Source: an uncultured delta proteobacterium
GTDB lineage: Bacteria > Desulfobacterota > Binatia > Binatales > Binataceae
Direction of reading: 5' to 3'
Assembly: GCA_963724765.1 (NCBI GenBank)
Contig: CAVRVY010000004.1
Span: 928,001 to 992,000 of the forward strand
DNA: 64,000 bases
Every line of letters starts with the position of its first letter. Positions within the stretch are counted from its first letter, which is position 1. This document shows, one piece after another, positions 40,306-53,779 of this stretch. The notes under the pieces are model-generated. The model saw only the letters and a list, made by a program, of their open reading frames with translations. It had not been told where the DNA came from and did not search any database. The translations under genes and the position numbers were made by a program.

Positions 40306-42033
40306 ATGTTCTGGAACGCAGTTTTCCAGGTAGGGATTTTTTTAGCCATCGTCACCGCGCTGAGCGTGCCGCTGGGGCTTTACATGGCGCGCGTCTTCGC
40401 GCACGAGCCGACTTTTCTCGACCCGGTGCTCGCGCCGGTCGAGCGGCTCATCTATCGCGTGTGCCGGGTGCGGCCCGGCAGCGAGATGACGTGGGGCGAA
40501 TACGCGGTCGCGATGCTGCTCTTCAGCATGGTCGGAATGCTGGTCCTGTACGCGATGCAGCGGCTGCAGGCGTTCCTGCCGCTCAATCCACAAAAGTTCG
40601 CCGGCGTAGCGCCCGATCTCGCCTTCAACACGGCGGCCAGCTTTACCACCAACACCAACTGGCAAGCCTATGGCGGCGAATCGACCATGAGTTACCTGAC
40701 TCAGATGGCCGGGCTCGCGTTTCATAATTTCGTCTCGGCCGCGACTGGAATCGCGATCGCGATCGCGGTGATTCGCGGCTTCGTGCGCCGCAGCGCCAAG
40801 ACGCTGGGGAATTTCTGGGTCGACCTGACCCGCGCGACGCTGTGGGTGCTGCTGCCGATCTCGTTGGTCTTCGCTCTGGTTTTAGTGTGGCAGGGTGTGC
40901 CGCAGAACTTCAGCCCTTACGTCCACGCCAAGACCGTGGAAGGCGCCGAGCAAGTACTCGCCGAGGGACCGGTCGCTTCGCAAGAGATCATCAAGGAACT
41001 CGGCACCAACGGCGGCGGCTTTTTCAACGCCAACTCGGCGCATCCGTACGAAAATCCCACGCCCCTGACGGATCTGCTCGAGCTCGTCGCGATCTTCGCG
41101 ATCGGCGCCGGGCTGACACATACGTTCGGCCACATGGCAGGCGATCGGCGCCAGGGATGGGCGCTGTTCGGGGTGATGGCGATCATGTTTTTGATGGGCG
41201 TCACGCCCGCTATCTGGGCCGAGCAACGCGGCAATCCGCAGTTCGCCGCGCTCGGCCTCCATCAACATGCCACTGCGGGCCAGTCCGGCGGCAATATGGA
41301 GGGCAAGGAGACACGCTTCGGTACGATCGATTCGGCGCTGTGGGCCACCGTCACCACCGATACCTCGTGCGGCGCGGTCAACTCGATGCATGACAGCTTC
41401 ACGCCGCTGGGCGGCCTCGTTCCGCTGGTCAACATGCAGATCGGCGAGATCATTTACGGCGGCGTCGGATCGGGCCTTTACGGGATGCTCGTGATGGCGG
41501 TGCTGTCGGTGTTCATCGCGGGATTGATGGTAGGGCGAACGCCGGAGTACCTGGGCAAGAAGATCGAAGCCCGCGAGATAAAGCTCGCGATGCTTTTCAT
41601 TCTGATCTTTCCCACGGTGATCCTGCTGCCGGCCGCGATCGCGATTGTGACCAAGGCGGGACTGGCGGGCATCAGCAATCCCGGCCCGCACGGCTTCTCG
41701 CAAATTCTGTACGCCTACACGGAAGCCTCGGCCAACAACGGCTCGGCCTTCGGTGGGCTGAACGCGAACAGTTTCTTCTACAACACGACGCTCGCCTTCG
41801 TGATGCTGTTTGGCCGCTTCTTGATGAAAATTCCGGTACTCGCACTGGCCGGCTCGTTGGCGGGTAAGCGGGTGGCGCCGCCGAGCGCCGGCACCTTTCC
41901 GACCAACGGCGCAATTTTCGTGGTGCTTCTGATCGGGGTGATCCTGATCGTCGCGGCGCTGACCTTCTTCCCGGCCGACGCGCTGGGCCCGATCGTCGAG
42001 CACCTCGCGATGATGCAAGGCAAGCTCTACTAG
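40306..42033 (+). CDS. kdpA: K+-transporting ATPase subunit A
   Basis: [40 protein letters not shown]. Confidence 0.98.
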   Translation: MFWNAVFQVGIFLAIVTALSVPLGLYMARVFAHEPTFLDPVLAPVERLIYRVCRVRPGSEMTWGEYAVAMLLFSMVGMLVLYAMQRLQAFLPLNPQKFAGVAPDLAFNTAASFTTNTNWQAYGGESTMSYLTQMAGLAFHNFVSAATGIAIAIAVIRGFVRRSAKTLGNFWVDLTRATLWVLLPISLVFALVLVWQGVPQNFSPYVHAKTVEGAEQVLAEGPVASQEIIKELGTNGGGFFNANSAHPYENPTPLTDLLELVAIFAIGAGLTHTFGHMAGDRRQGWALFGVMAIMFLMGVTPAIWAEQRGNPQFAALGLHQHATAGQSGGNMEGKETRFGTIDSALWATVTTDTSCGAVNSMHDSFTPLGGLVPLVNMQIGEIIYGGVGSGLYGMLVMAVLSVFIAGLMVGRTPEYLGKKIEAREIKLAMLFILIFPTVILLPAAIAIVTKAGLAGISNPGPHGFSQILYAYTEASANNGSAFGGLNANSFFYNTTLAFVMLFGRFLMKIPVLALAGSLAGKRVAPPSAGTFPTNGAIFVVLLIGVILIVAALTFFPADALGPIVEHLAMMQGKLY

Positions 42034-42051
42034 GAAAGGAGTGAATTTTCG

Positions 42052-44094
42052 ATGACCGATCGTAAAGCGGCGGCGCTGTGGGACAGCCAGATCGTGAAGG
42101 GCGCGCTGGTTGATTCGCTGCGCAAGTTCAACCCGCGCATCCAGGCCCGCAACCCGGTCATGTTCGTGGTCGAAGTGACCGCGCTCGCAGTGACCGTGAT
42201 CCTGTGCCGCGACTTCTTCCTCGGGCGAGGCGCGCTCGCCGCCTTCGAGTTTCAAATCGCACTATGGCTGTGGTTCACCGTGCTGTTCGCGAACTTCGCC
42301 GAAGCGATGGCCGAGGGGCGCGGCAAGGCGCAGGCCGATAACCTGCGCAAGACCCGCATCGAAACCCAGGCCAAGCTGGTCACTGCCGCAGGCAGCATCG
42401 GATTGGTCGCAGCCACGAAACTCAAACGCGGCGACGTGGTGCTGGTCGAGGCCGGCGACATCATTCCCGGTGACGGCGAAGTTATCGAGGGCATCGCGGC
42501 GGTCAACGAGGCCGCGATAACCGGCGAGTCCGCCCCGGTCATTCGCGAAAGCGGCGGCGACCGCAGCGCCGTTACCGGCGGCACCACGGTCATCTCCGAC
42601 CACATCAAGGTGCGCATCACCGCCAACCCGGGCGAGACCTTCCTCGACCGCATGATCGCGCTGGTCGAAGGCGCGCAGCGCCAGAAGACGCCCAACGAAA
42701 TCGCGCTCAGCATCCTGCTCGCCGGCCTGACGATCATTTTCATGCTGGTGTGCGTGAGCCTGTACCCATACGCGCGTTATGGCGGCACCATGCTCTCGCT
42801 GCCGGTGCTGGTGGCGTTGCTGGTGTGCTTGATTCCCACCACTATCGGCGGGTTGCTCTCGGCCATCGGGATCGCCGGGATGGATCGGCTGGTTCAGCAC
42901 AACGTGCTCGCAATGTCGGGCCGCGCGGTCGAGGCCGCTGGCGACGTCGACACGCTGCTGCTCGACAAGACCGGCACTATCACGCTGGGCAACCGGATGG
43001 CGACCGAATTCCTGCCGGTCCTTGACGTGCGGGTGGAGACGCTCGCCGACGCGGCGCAACTGGCGTCGCTCGCCGACGAAACACCCGAAGGCCGCTCCAT
43101 CGTGGTGCTGGCCAAGCGCGAGTACAACCTGCGCGGCCGCGAGCTGGCGGAGAAGGACGCGCAATTCATCCCCTTCTCGGCACAGACCCGGATGAGCGGC
43201 GTCGACCTCAATGGGCGGCGGATCCGCAAAGGCGCCGGCGACCAGGTGATCAAGTTCGCGCGCGAAGCCGGCGGCCAGGCGCCGGCCGAACTGGCGGGCA
43301 TCATCGAGCGCATCGCGCACAGCGGCGGAACACCGCTGGTGGTCGCCGACAACGCGCAGATCCTCGGCGTGATCCATCTCAAAGACATCATCAAGGAAGG
43401 CATCCGCGAGCGTTTCGCGCGGCTGCGCGCGATGGGGCTGCGCACGGTGATGATCACCGGCGACAATCCGCTGACCGCCGCGGCGATTGCGCACGAGGCC
43501 GGCGTCGACGATTTTCGCGCCGAGGCCACGCCGGAAACCAAGCTCGCGTTGATTCGCGAGGAGCAGGCGCAGGGCAAGCTGGTGGCGATGATCGGCGACG
43601 GCACCAACGACGCGCCGGCGCTGGCCCAGGCCGACGTCGGAATCGCGATGAACGCGGGCACCCAGGCCGCCCGCGAGGCCGGCAACATGGTCGATCTCGA
43701 CTCGAATCCGACCAAGATCATGGAGGTGGTGGAGATCGGCAAGCAACTGTTGATCACCCGTGGCGCGCTGACCACCTTTTCGATCGCCAACGACGTCGCC
43801 AAGTACTTCGCGATCATCCCGGCGATGTTCGTGATCGGCTATCCCGAACTGCAGGCGCTCAACATCATGCATCTGGCCACTCCCGAGAGCGCGATCCTCT
43901 CGGCCGTCATCTTCAACGCGCTGATCATCGTCGCGCTGATTCCGCTGGCCCTGCGCGGCGTCGCCTACCGGCCGCTGGGCGCCGCCGCGATCCTGACCCG
44001 CAACCTGTTCATCTATGGCCTCGGCGGCGTGATCGTGCCGTTCATCGGAATCAAGGTCATCGATCTCTTTGTTACCGCGTTCCATCTCGCGTGA
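42052..44094 (+). CDS. kdpB: K+-transporting P-type ATPase subunit B
   Basis: [33 protein letters not shown]. Confidence 0.98.
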   Translation: MTDRKAAALWDSQIVKGALVDSLRKFNPRIQARNPVMFVVEVTALAVTVILCRDFFLGRGALAAFEFQIALWLWFTVLFANFAEAMAEGRGKAQADNLRKTRIETQAKLVTAAGSIGLVAATKLKRGDVVLVEAGDIIPGDGEVIEGIAAVNEAAITGESAPVIRESGGDRSAVTGGTTVISDHIKVRITANPGETFLDRMIALVEGAQRQKTPNEIALSILLAGLTIIFMLVCVSLYPYARYGGTMLSLPVLVALLVCLIPTTIGGLLSAIGIAGMDRLVQHNVLAMSGRAVEAAGDVDTLLLDKTGTITLGNRMATEFLPVLDVRVETLADAAQLASLADETPEGRSIVVLAKREYNLRGRELAEKDAQFIPFSAQTRMSGVDLNGRRIRKGAGDQVIKFAREAGGQAPAELAGIIERIAHSGGTPLVVADNAQILGVIHLKDIIKEGIRERFARLRAMGLRTVMITGDNPLTAAAIAHEAGVDDFRAEATPETKLALIREEQAQGKLVAMIGDGTNDAPALAQADVGIAMNAGTQAAREAGNMVDLDSNPTKIMEVVEIGKQLLITRGALTTFSIANDVAKYFAIIPAMFVIGYPELQALNIMHLATPESAILSAVIFNALIIVALIPLALRGVAYRPLGAAAILTRNLFIYGLGGVIVPFIGIKVIDLFVTAFHLA

Positions 44095-44107
44095 GGAAGT
44101 GAAATCA

Positions 44108-44692
44108 ATGCGCACGCTCATAACCGCAATCACGATGACCATCGCGCTGACTTTGCTGACCGGAATTGTCTATCCGCTGGTGGTCTGGGGAATCGCGCAG
44201 GTGCTGTTCCCCTGGCAGGCGAACGGGAGCCTGGTGATGCGCGACGGACACGTCGTCGGCGCCGACCTTATCGGACAGAATTTCGCCGCCGCGAAATATT
44301 TTCACCCCCGTCCCTCGGCCGCCGGCGATAAGGGCTACGACGCAAGTAACTCGAGCGGCTCCAACCTCGGCCCCACCAACCGCAAGCTGGTCGATACGAC
44401 CAAGGCCGCGCTGCACAAGGTGCTCGAGGAAAACCCCAGCGCCTCGCCCGCGCAGGTGCCGATGGACCTGGTAACGGCGTCGGGCAGCGGACTGGACCCG
44501 GAAATATCACCGGCGGCGGCGGAGCTCCAGGTGACGCGGGTCGCGAAGGCGCGCGGGCTCAGCGAGGCTGCAGTGCGCGACCTGCTGCATGACAACGAGC
44601 GGGCGCGCTTTGCCGGAATTTTCGGCGAACCGCGCGTCAATGTCCTCGACCTCAACCTGGCCCTGGACCAGAGGGCCACGCCGGCGCGCTGA
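44108..44692 (+). CDS. kdpC: K+-transporting ATPase subunit C
   Basis: QANGSL, YFHPRPSAAG, SNLGP, VTASGSGLDPEIS, VNVLDLNLALD. Confidence 0.97.
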   Translation: MRTLITAITMTIALTLLTGIVYPLVVWGIAQVLFPWQANGSLVMRDGHVVGADLIGQNFAAAKYFHPRPSAAGDKGYDASNSSGSNLGPTNRKLVDTTKAALHKVLEENPSASPAQVPMDLVTASGSGLDPEISPAAAELQVTRVAKARGLSEAAVRDLLHDNERARFAGIFGEPRVNVLDLNLALDQRATPAR

Positions 44693-44728
44693 GACCGGGC
44701 GGCAGCTGGCGTATATACTCTTGCCGGT

Positions 44729-45895
44729 ATGACTGAGGAGCGCCCCGCGCCCGAATCATTTCTCGACCTGGTCGCTGAGCAGCGCAAGGGCCGGCTCAAG
44801 ATCTACGTCGGCGCCGCGGCCGGCGTCGGCAAGACCTGGCGGATGCTCGAAGAGGCGCACGAGCTTCGCGACAAAGGCGTCGACGTGGTGCTCGGCTTCA
44901 TCGAAACGCACGGGCGTGCCGACACCGTGGCCAAGGTGGGAGACCTGGAAGTAGTCCCGCGCCGCAAGCTCGACTACCGCAGCGTGGCGTTGGAAGAGAT
45001 GGACGTCGACGCGATCCTGGCGCGCAAACCCGAACTCGCGGTGGTCGACGAACTCGCGCATACCAATGTCGCCGGCTCCAAGCATGAGAAACGCTACCAG
45101 GACATCGAGGAACTGCTCGCGGCGGGAATCAACGTGATCAGCGCGATGAATATTCAGCACGTCGAGAGCCTCAACCCGATGATGAAGCGGCTGACCGGCG
45201 TGGACGTGCGCGAAACGGTGCCGGACTCTTTTCTCGCCCGCGCCGACCAGATCGTTAACGTCGACGTCACCGTCGAGGCGCTGCGCGAGCGCCTGCGCGA
45301 AGGCAAAATCTATCCGCCGATGCAGATCGAGCATGCGCTGAAAAACTTTTTCAAGCCGGCCAACCTGGCCTCGCTGCGCGAAGTGGCGCTGCGCGAGGTC
45401 GCGCGCGGGCTCAGCCGCCAGCGCGAGGACCGCGAAGCGCTCCAGCGCGAAGGCGGGCGGCGCACGCAGCCGACCGAGCGCGTGATGGTTGGCCTGTCCT
45501 CGAATGCGCACGATCGAGGGATGCTCCTGCGCAAGACCTGCCGTATCGCGGGACAGCTCGGCGCCGACTGGTACGCGGTGCACGTCGAAACGCCGTCCGA
45601 GGCGGTCAGCCGGGTCAGCACCCGCGACTTCGTCAAGCTGCTCGACAACATCAACCTGGCCGGCGACCTCGGCGCCGAAACCGTGTGGCTGAAATCGGAC
45701 GACATCGTCGGCGCATTGCTGGACTTCGCGCGCGAGCACGGAGTCACCAAGATCGTGCTCGGCCGCACGCATCAGCCACTGTGGCGCCGCCTGCTCAAGG
45801 GCGACGTGACCAAACGGTTGCTCACGGCCGCGACCGATTTTGACGTCGAGGTCGTCGGCGGTAACGACTCCGGCGAGGCGGATAAAGAGTCATGA
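44729..45895 (+). CDS. kdpD: Stand-alone KdpD N-terminal sensor domain plus Usp domain (no kinase)
   Basis: GAAAGVGKT, ETHGR, VDELAHTN, KRYQDIEELL, NIQHVESLN, followed by a Usp-like domain. No TM or HisKA. Confidence 0.92.
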   Translation: MTEERPAPESFLDLVAEQRKGRLKIYVGAAAGVGKTWRMLEEAHELRDKGVDVVLGFIETHGRADTVAKVGDLEVVPRRKLDYRSVALEEMDVDAILARKPELAVVDELAHTNVAGSKHEKRYQDIEELLAAGINVISAMNIQHVESLNPMMKRLTGVDVRETVPDSFLARADQIVNVDVTVEALRERLREGKIYPPMQIEHALKNFFKPANLASLREVALREVARGLSRQREDREALQREGGRRTQPTERVMVGLSSNAHDRGMLLRKTCRIAGQLGADWYAVHVETPSEAVSRVSTRDFVKLLDNINLAGDLGAETVWLKSDDIVGALLDFAREHGVTKIVLGRTHQPLWRRLLKGDVTKRLLTAATDFDVEVVGGNDSGEADKES

Positions 45896-47672
45896 GCACG
45901 CCTTCGCTGCGCACGCGCATCCGCAACGTCAGCCTGCTGCTGGTCGTCGTTGTGATAGGACTCGGCCTGTATGCCCTGCCCCGCGTCTATCGGCTCGGCA
46001 CCGCGACTCGCGAGACGCTCCATCGCAACTACATCAGTATCGAGGCGGCGCAGCACATGCACCAGGCGCTGTGGGTCCTGCAGCTGGCCGAGCGCGACGG
46101 CCACGCACGCGATGCGCTCGCGAGTTCCCGCGCTACTTTCATGCACTGGATGGATATCGAGGATCATGACTTTACCGAACTGGGCGAACCCGAACTGGCG
46201 CACGATATCGAGCGCCGCGGCCAGCAACTCTTCGATGAATTAGCGTCCGCGCCGCAGAACGCGCGCCACGATCGCGAATTCGACGAACTGCATGCACGTC
46301 TGAACGATCTGGCCGCGATGAACCAGGCCGCGATGTGGCGTGCGGATAGCCGCGCAGCCGGGCTCGGCAGGCGCCTCACTTACGAATTCGCCGCCGGCCT
46401 CCTCGCCCTGCTGGTCACGGGTGTCGCGCTTTCGTGGGGACTTGGATGGGTCCTGGCGCGGCCGCTCACCGAGCTGGCCGAGCGGCTGCGCGGGCTCAGC
46501 CAGCGCCACACTCAGGTGCGCCTGGGACCGCAGCCGCTGGCCGAGCTGGACGCGGTGGCGCGCGAGTTCAACCAGATGGCCGAGCAGCTCGAGCAGTACG
46601 AAAAGCTCAACGTCGAGCGCCTGCTTTACGAGAAGCGCAAGACCGAGGCGATCATCGAAAGCCTCGAGGACGGCGTAGTGCTGATCGATTCGGCGGGAAT
46701 TGTTACTCATATCAATGAGATCGCCGCGTTGATCATGGACATCGAGCCCACCGAGGCGCTGGGCAGCCCGTTCGACGACCTCAGCAGCAATTCGCCGCAC
46801 TACCGCCGCGTGCGCGACGCGCTGCGCGGACTGCGGCGCGCGGCCCCCGATGGCCCGCGCACCGAGGTGCAACTGCACGTGCGCGGGCGCGACCATTCCT
46901 ACGTACTGAAGCCGATCGCGCTCCATCGCACCGAGGGCGCCGCGCTCGGCACCTTGCTCATCCTGCAGGATGTTACCTATCTGCGCGACCAGGACCGCGC
47001 GCGCAGCAACCTGGTCGAAACACTGTCGCACGAGCTGCGTACCCCGCTCACCTCGCTGGCGCTCTCCGCGCAACTGCTGCAGCGCGAGGAGGCGGGACTG
47101 GACCCGCGGCAGCGCGAGTTTTTGCGCACGATTCTCGAAGAATGCGCGCGGATGAAGCAGCTCACCGACAACCTGCTCAACCTCGCACGCGGCGAACTGG
47201 CCTCGATCTCGCTCGCGCGCGAGCGCCTGGACCTCGCGCGTGTTACCGAGGAAGTCGCGGGACGCTTCCGCCTCCAGGCCGAGGAAAAGCACGTCACGCT
47301 GGAGCGCCACATCGCGGAAGTCCCGCCGGTCAGCGGCGATCCGGTCAAGCTTTCGTGGGTGGTGTCGAACCTGATCGGCAATGCGCTGCGCTATACTCCT
47401 CAAGGTGGGCGGATCGAAGTCATGACCGGATCGTCGGATGACACAGTGCGGCTGGAGATCGCCGACTCCGGCCCAGGCATCGCGCCGGAGCTGCGCGACT
47501 ACGTCTTCGAGCGCTTCGCGCAGTATGGCGACGGTGCGGAGAGAGGATCGGCGGGACTGGGGCTGGCGATCGTCAAGGACATCGTGGTGGCGCATGGCGG
47601 GCGGATTTTCGTGACCGGCAACGTTCCGACGGGCAGCCGTTTCGTGGTCCAGCTGCCGGCCGCGCGGGAGGC

Positions 47673-47676
<4 letters not shown>
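45892..47676 (+). CDS. Sensor histidine kinase (TM-4HB-TM-HAMP-PAS-HisKA-HATPase)
   Basis: LSHELRTPLT, NLIGNALRY, DSGPGI, GLGLAI; ATGA overlaps on both sides. Confidence 0.94.
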
Positions 47677-49010
<1,334 letters not shown>

Positions 49011-49055
49011 GCGCGCCAGTGCGCCACCACACCGCGGCGCCCGGCGGAATGCCGG

Positions 49056-50138
49056 CTAGCGGAATGCCGGCATGACCATCTCCGCGATGTCACGGAAGAC
49101 CTTGCGCTGGTAGTCCGCGGGCGGCAGCATCGCGACCTCTTTGATTCCGGCCTTTTCCAGCTCACGCACGCGATGAATGATCTCTTCGGGCGTGCCAACG
49201 ATACAGACTCCCGCGATCGCTTCAGGCGTGATAAACCGTCGCTCCTCGGGCACCAGGAACGTGCAGTGGCCTTCATGGATCTGGCGGAAGCGCGCGTTCT
49301 CGGGCAAGCTGTAGTTCTTCACCCGCTTCACGTAGTCGTCCCAGATGTTGGCGAAGAACGGCGGAATCAGTTCGTCTTTCTCGCCGCGCTGCTTCCATAT
49401 CTCATAAGCGAAATGGATCGTGCACGCCACCTGCGAGCCGGTCTCGTTGACGACCCGCTCGTCGGTGAGTTTTTCACCGGGCCGCAGCACGCACGCGGTG
49501 GTCAGGCAACTGGTATAAAAATCCGGGCCGATTTTGCGTCCGGCCTCCTTGGCGCCGGCCTCGACCAGTTGCATCGAGCGATGGAAATCCTCGGGACTGC
49601 CAGTCACCGTGATCCATCCGTCGCCGAATTCGCCGGTCGCGCGCAACGCCTTGGGGCCGTTGGCCGCGATATAGATCGGGATGGGATGGTCAAGGTTGAT
49701 GAAGTAGCGGTCGCGATGCAGAAACTTTATCTCGCGCGTCTTGCCCGCGTAGGTATAGTCGACTTCTTTGCCCTGGAGCAGCGTGCGCACCACGCGCAGG
49801 TATTCGCGGAACTCGCGCGGCGGCATCGGGTCCTGCCCCATCACGCGCATCGCGGTATGGCCGGTGCCGATGCCGAGGAAGACCCGGCCGGGCGCGAGCT
49901 GCGCGACGCTGGCGATGGAGTGCGCGGTGACCGGAGCGATCCGGGTCCCGGGAATTGCGACCCCGGTGCCGATCCTGATGCGCTTGGTGTTGACCGCCGC
50001 CAGCGCCAGCGTGGCGTAGCAATCCGACCAGATCATCTGTGAATCGGGAACCCAGGCGGTGTCGTAGCCAAGCTCTTCCGCGTAGCGAATCAGCTCCCAC
50101 TTGTCGATGTGGGTGTCGAACATGATTCCGAATTTCAT
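49056..50138 (-). CDS. LLM-class flavin-dependent oxidoreductase (Mer-like)
   Basis: AEELGYDTAWVPDSQ, IRIGTGV, APGRVFLGIGTG, PIYIAANGPK. Confidence 0.9.
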   Translation of the reverse strand: MKFGIMFDTHIDKWELIRYAEELGYDTAWVPDSQMIWSDCYATLALAAVNTKRIRIGTGVAIPGTRIAPVTAHSIASVAQLAPGRVFLGIGTGHTAMRVMGQDPMPPREFREYLRVVRTLLQGKEVDYTYAGKTREIKFLHRDRYFINLDHPIPIYIAANGPKALRATGEFGDGWITVTGSPEDFHRSMQLVEAGAKEAGRKIGPDFYTSCLTTACVLRPGEKLTDERVVNETGSQVACTIHFAYEIWKQRGEKDELIPPFFANIWDDYVKRVKNYSLPENARFRQIHEGHCTFLVPEERRFITPEAIAGVCIVGTPEEIIHRVRELEKAGIKEVAMLPPADYQRKVFRDIAEMVMPAFR

Positions 50139-50261
50139 CGACGCACCTCTCTTTCATTTTGTGCGACCGGCAAGAGCCGACCGGCACGAGCCCTATGTAC
50201 AATGTTTCCGCGCAGGCGCAAACCCCGCGGCGCTTCACGAAGGCTCCTGGATGCGGAGGTG

Positions 50262-50858
50262 CTAACGCGGGATCGGCAATCCGGCCTCGATGAGCCGCTG
50301 CTCGAGTATCGGCAGCCGATCGTGGCCCCAAAACGGTTCGCGCTCAAAGAAGAACAAGGGTACGCCGAACACGTTGTCCGCCGCCGCCTCCTCCTGCGCC
50401 GCCGCGTAGGCTCGCGCGCCCTCACCGCTTAAGTATTCGCGGTACTCTGCGACGGAAAGCCCGATGCTCGCGAGCAGCGTGGCAACCGCCTCGGGATTGT
50501 CAGCCTCGAACTCGCGGCGGAAAAACAATTCGTAGACCTTGCGGCTATATTCCAGCAGCAGGCCCTTGGATTCGGCAAACAGGCCGCCGATGAGCGCGGG
50601 AGCCGTATCGTAAACCTTCTGCGGCGCGCGGATCAGAATTCCGCGCGGCTTGGCCCAGCGGCGCGCGTCGAGGTAGGAGTACTTCGCCTTGTAATCGGAA
50701 TAGGCGCTGCGCTGGCCGCGATCCTTGATTCTGAGCTGGAACGGAATCCATCGCACGCGCACGGCGAAGCGCTCCTGGAGCGCGAACGCGGGATCGAAGG
50801 CCAGATACGCGAACGGACTCTTGTAGTCCGAGTACATCTTAACTTCCTTGCGTTCCAC
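50262..50858 (-). CDS. 2-hydroxychromene-2-carboxylate isomerase / DsbA-family (GST kappa-like) protein
   Basis: DYKSPFAYL, VFGVPLF..EPFWGHDRL. GGAG RBS before GTG 50858. Confidence 0.88.
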   Translation of the reverse strand: MERKEVKMYSDYKSPFAYLAFDPAFALQERFAVRVRWIPFQLRIKDRGQRSAYSDYKAKYSYLDARRWAKPRGILIRAPQKVYDTAPALIGGLFAESKGLLLEYSRKVYELFFRREFEADNPEAVATLLASIGLSVAEYREYLSGEGARAYAAAQEEAAADNVFGVPLFFFEREPFWGHDRLPILEQRLIEAGLPIPR

Positions 50859-50890
50859 GGCAGATCTCCAGTTTCGCTTTTCACTACCTT

Positions 50891-53779
50891 CTACGGTTTC
50901 AGATTGAGCAACTGTGCGAGATGGAGCGGCCGGCGCTTGGGGCAGAAATGATGAATCTGGGTACGGCAGGCAAACCCGTCGGCGACGATCATCGTGTCGG
51001 GCGCACTTTGGCGAACCGCCGGAATCAGTACGCGCTCCGCAATCGCGCGGGAGACGTCGAAGCGGTCGGCGCCGTAACCGAATGGCCCCGCCATCCCGCA
51101 GCATCCGGCATCCGGCGCCTCCACTTTGAGCCCGCCGATCCCGCCCAGGATAGCCATTTCGCCCTTCATCCCGGCGAGCGACTTCTGATGACAATGCCCG
51201 TGCACCAGCGCGCGTCCCTTAAGCGCCGGCGCGGCGAATCCCGGGGCCTCGCGGGAGAGAAACTCGTCGAGCAGCATCGCGCGAGCCGAGAGTGCGGCGG
51301 CGCGCGGGTCGGCGGGAAAGAGACTCGGCAACTCGTCGCGAAATGTGAGCAAACAGCTCGGCTCCAGCCCGACCAGCGCCGCTCCGCGTTCGAGCATCGG
51401 CGCCAGCGCGTCCATCGCCTGCCCCAGACGCCATCGCGCGCGATCGAACATCCCAGCGTCGTACAACGGCCGTCCACAGCATAGATCGCCCGGCGGAATC
51501 ACGACCCTGAAGCCTGCGCGCTCCAGCACCTCGGTCGCCGCGATCGCGACCTCGGGCTCGAAAAAATTGTTGAAGGTATCGGGAAAGAGCACGACCTCGC
51601 GCACGGTCGTATTAGCAGCGCCGCCGCGCCCGTCAATCGCGCCGCTGCGTCGGTCGAACCACGAACGAAACGTCCGCGCCGCGAAACGCGGCAGCTCGCG
51701 AGTGTGATGAACGTGCAGGATGCGCCGCGCGATCGCTCCAAGCCCGGGCGCGTGCGAGAGCGCGTTGGCTAGATGCGGCGCGACGGCGCCGAGGCTGGCG
51801 AGCTCGTGGATACGAGCGAAGAAGCGCACGTCGCGCGGGCGGCGGTTGTAGCGATAGTACTGTGCGAAAAATTCCGCCTTGTATGCCGCCATATCGATCG
51901 CGGCGGGGCACTCGGTCTTGCACGCCTTGCACGAAAGACAAAGTTCAAGTGCTTCTTTAAGTGCCGATTCGGCAAGCCGGCCCTCGAGCAAACCATTGCC
52001 GCTCAGCGCCTCCCACAGCAGATGAGCGCGGCCGCGCGTCGAATGCATCTCCTCGCGCGTCGCCATGTACGACGGGCACATCGTGCCGGCATCGCTCTTG
52101 CGGCATTTGCCGATTCCGACGCATTTGAGCGCGGCGCCCGCAAGTCCGCCCTCGGCGGCGAAATCGAAATGCGTCTCGGCCCGCTCCGGATGATAGGACG
52201 GCGTCACCCGCAGATGGGAATCGAGCGGATGGGGCGCCACGATCACGCCCGGGTTCATCATCGAGTCCGGATCGAAGATGCGCTTGAACTCGGCGAAGGT
52301 CTCGATCATCTCCGCCCCGAACATCCGGGGCAAAAGCTCCGAGCGCGCAAGCCCGTCGCCATGCTCGCCCGAGAGGGAGCCGCCAAACTCGGTCACCAGG
52401 TCGCCAATCTCGAGCATCGCGGCGCGAAACGTCGCAACCCCTTTGGCGGTGGTGAAATCGAAATTCACGCGGCAGTGAACGCAGCCCTCGCCGAAGTGGC
52501 CGTAGTAAGTCGCCGCCGCGAGATTGTGTCCTTCGAGCAGCCGCACGAAGCGGCGCAGATAATCGCCCAGGCGCGCCGGCGGCACCGCGGTGTCCTCTGC
52601 GCCTGGCCAGGTGCGCGGATGGCCCGGGATGAGCGCGCCGGCGCCGAGCCCGGACTCGCGCAGACTCCAAACGGCGCGCTGCTCTGCGGCGGCGAAGAGC
52701 TGCGCGACTCCCGCGCAGGCGCGCACCCGCCGCGCCTCGGTCGTCAGCCGCTCGGCCGCAGCCAGCGCGTCGTCGGCGCTGTCGGCGCCAAGCTCGACGA
52801 GGAGGAACGCGCGTCCGTCGGGCAGCAGGCGCACTGCGTCGAGTCCCTTGGCGCGCGCGAAGTCCGGCAGATGATGGTCGAAGCCCTCGAGCGCCTGCGG
52901 GCGATGCTCCAAAATCCACGGCACCTGGTCGGCGGCGAGGTAGACATCGTCGAAGCCGAGCACCACCAGCGCGAGGCGTCGCGGACGGGGCACCAGCCGC
53001 AGCGTCGCCGCGAGCGTGACCCCGAGCGTCCCTTCCGAGCCGACCAGCGCGCGCGCCAGGTTGCGCCCGCGCTCAGGCAAAAGCTCGTCGAGGTTGTAGC
53101 CGGAGACGCGGCGCGGAATTTTCGGATAACGCCGCCGAATCTCATCAGCCGAGCGCTCTATGAGCGCGCGCGTCGCGGCGTAAATCTCGCCCTCGCGGCT
53201 GCCGCGCACGGCAGCGGCGAAGGCTTCGCCCTCGCCGCTTGCACCGAGCGACAGCCGCGTGCCGTCGTAGAGCGCGACTTCGAGCGCCTCGACGTTGTCC
53301 ACAGTCTTGCCGTGAGCGGCGGAGTGAGCGCCGCACGAATTGTTGCCGATCATCCCGCCGATCGTGCAGCGGTCCTTGGTAGAAGGATCGGGCGCGAAGA
53401 ACATGCCAGCCGGCTCGACCGCCGCGTTGAGCTGGGCCTGCACCACGCCCGGTTCGACCACTGCGAGGCCGCGCTTGGCGTCGATACGGCGAATCGAATT
53501 CATGTACTTGGAGAAATCGAGCACGATCGCCGCGTTGCAGGCCTGGCCGGCAAGCGCGGTGCCGCCGCCGCGCGCGAGAATCGGAAGGCGGTTCTCGCGG
53601 GCCAGCCCGAGCGTGCGCATCACGTCACCCTCGTGGCGCGGAATCACGACCCCCAGCGGGACCTGCCGGTAGACCGAGGCGTCGGCGGCATAGAGCGCGA
53701 GCGAGGCGTTGTCGGCGCGCACCTCGCCGTCGATGGAGCGGCGGAGTTTATCCCATAGCGTGCGCGGCACGGTCATCAT
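50891..53779 (-). CDS. FAD-binding, Fe-S-containing oxidoreductase (YdiJ / GlcD-GlcF fusion-like)
   Basis: RGGGTALAGQ, TIGGMIGNNSCG, GSEGTL, SGEHGDG, CVGIGKC, CLSCKACKTECP, CCG motifs. Confidence 0.92.
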   Translation of the reverse strand: MMTVPRTLWDKLRRSIDGEVRADNASLALYAADASVYRQVPLGVVIPRHEGDVMRTLGLARENRLPILARGGGTALAGQACNAAIVLDFSKYMNSIRRIDAKRGLAVVEPGVVQAQLNAAVEPAGMFFAPDPSTKDRCTIGGMIGNNSCGAHSAAHGKTVDNVEALEVALYDGTRLSLGASGEGEAFAAAVRGSREGEIYAATRALIERSADEIRRRYPKIPRRVSGYNLDELLPERGRNLARALVGSEGTLGVTLAATLRLVPRPRRLALVVLGFDDVYLAADQVPWILEHRPQALEGFDHHLPDFARAKGLDAVRLLPDGRAFLLVELGADSADDALAAAERLTTEARRVRACAGVAQLFAAAEQRAVWSLRESGLGAGALIPGHPRTWPGAEDTAVPPARLGDYLRRFVRLLEGHNLAAATYYGHFGEGCVHCRVNFDFTTAKGVATFRAAMLEIGDLVTEFGGSLSGEHGDGLARSELLPRMFGAEMIETFAEFKRIFDPDSMMNPGVIVAPHPLDSHLRVTPSYHPERAETHFDFAAEGGLAGAALKCVGIGKCRKSDAGTMCPSYMATREEMHSTRGRAHLLWEALSGNGLLEGRLAESALKEALELCLSCKACKTECPAAIDMAAYKAEFFAQYYRYNRRPRDVRFFARIHELASLGAVAPHLANALSHAPGLGAIARRILHVHHTRELPRFAARTFRSWFDRRSGAIDGRGGAANTTVREVVLFPDTFNNFFEPEVAIAATEVLERAGFRVVIPPGDLCCGRPLYDAGMFDRARWRLGQAMDALAPMLERGAALVGLEPSCLLTFRDELPSLFPADPRAAALSARAMLLDEFLSREAPGFAAPALKGRALVHGHCHQKSLAGMKGEMAILGGIGGLKVEAPDAGCCGMAGPFGYGADRFDVSRAIAERVLIPAVRQSAPDTMIVADGFACRTQIHHFCPKRRPLHLAQLLNLKP

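Noticed and set aside
42262-44142. 626-aa antisense ORF (and similar ones at 51773-53758, 34100-35641, 46240-47811, 47499-48923, 61587-62564)
   Set aside because: Shadow ORFs opposite well-supported genes, as expected with high-GC codon bias.
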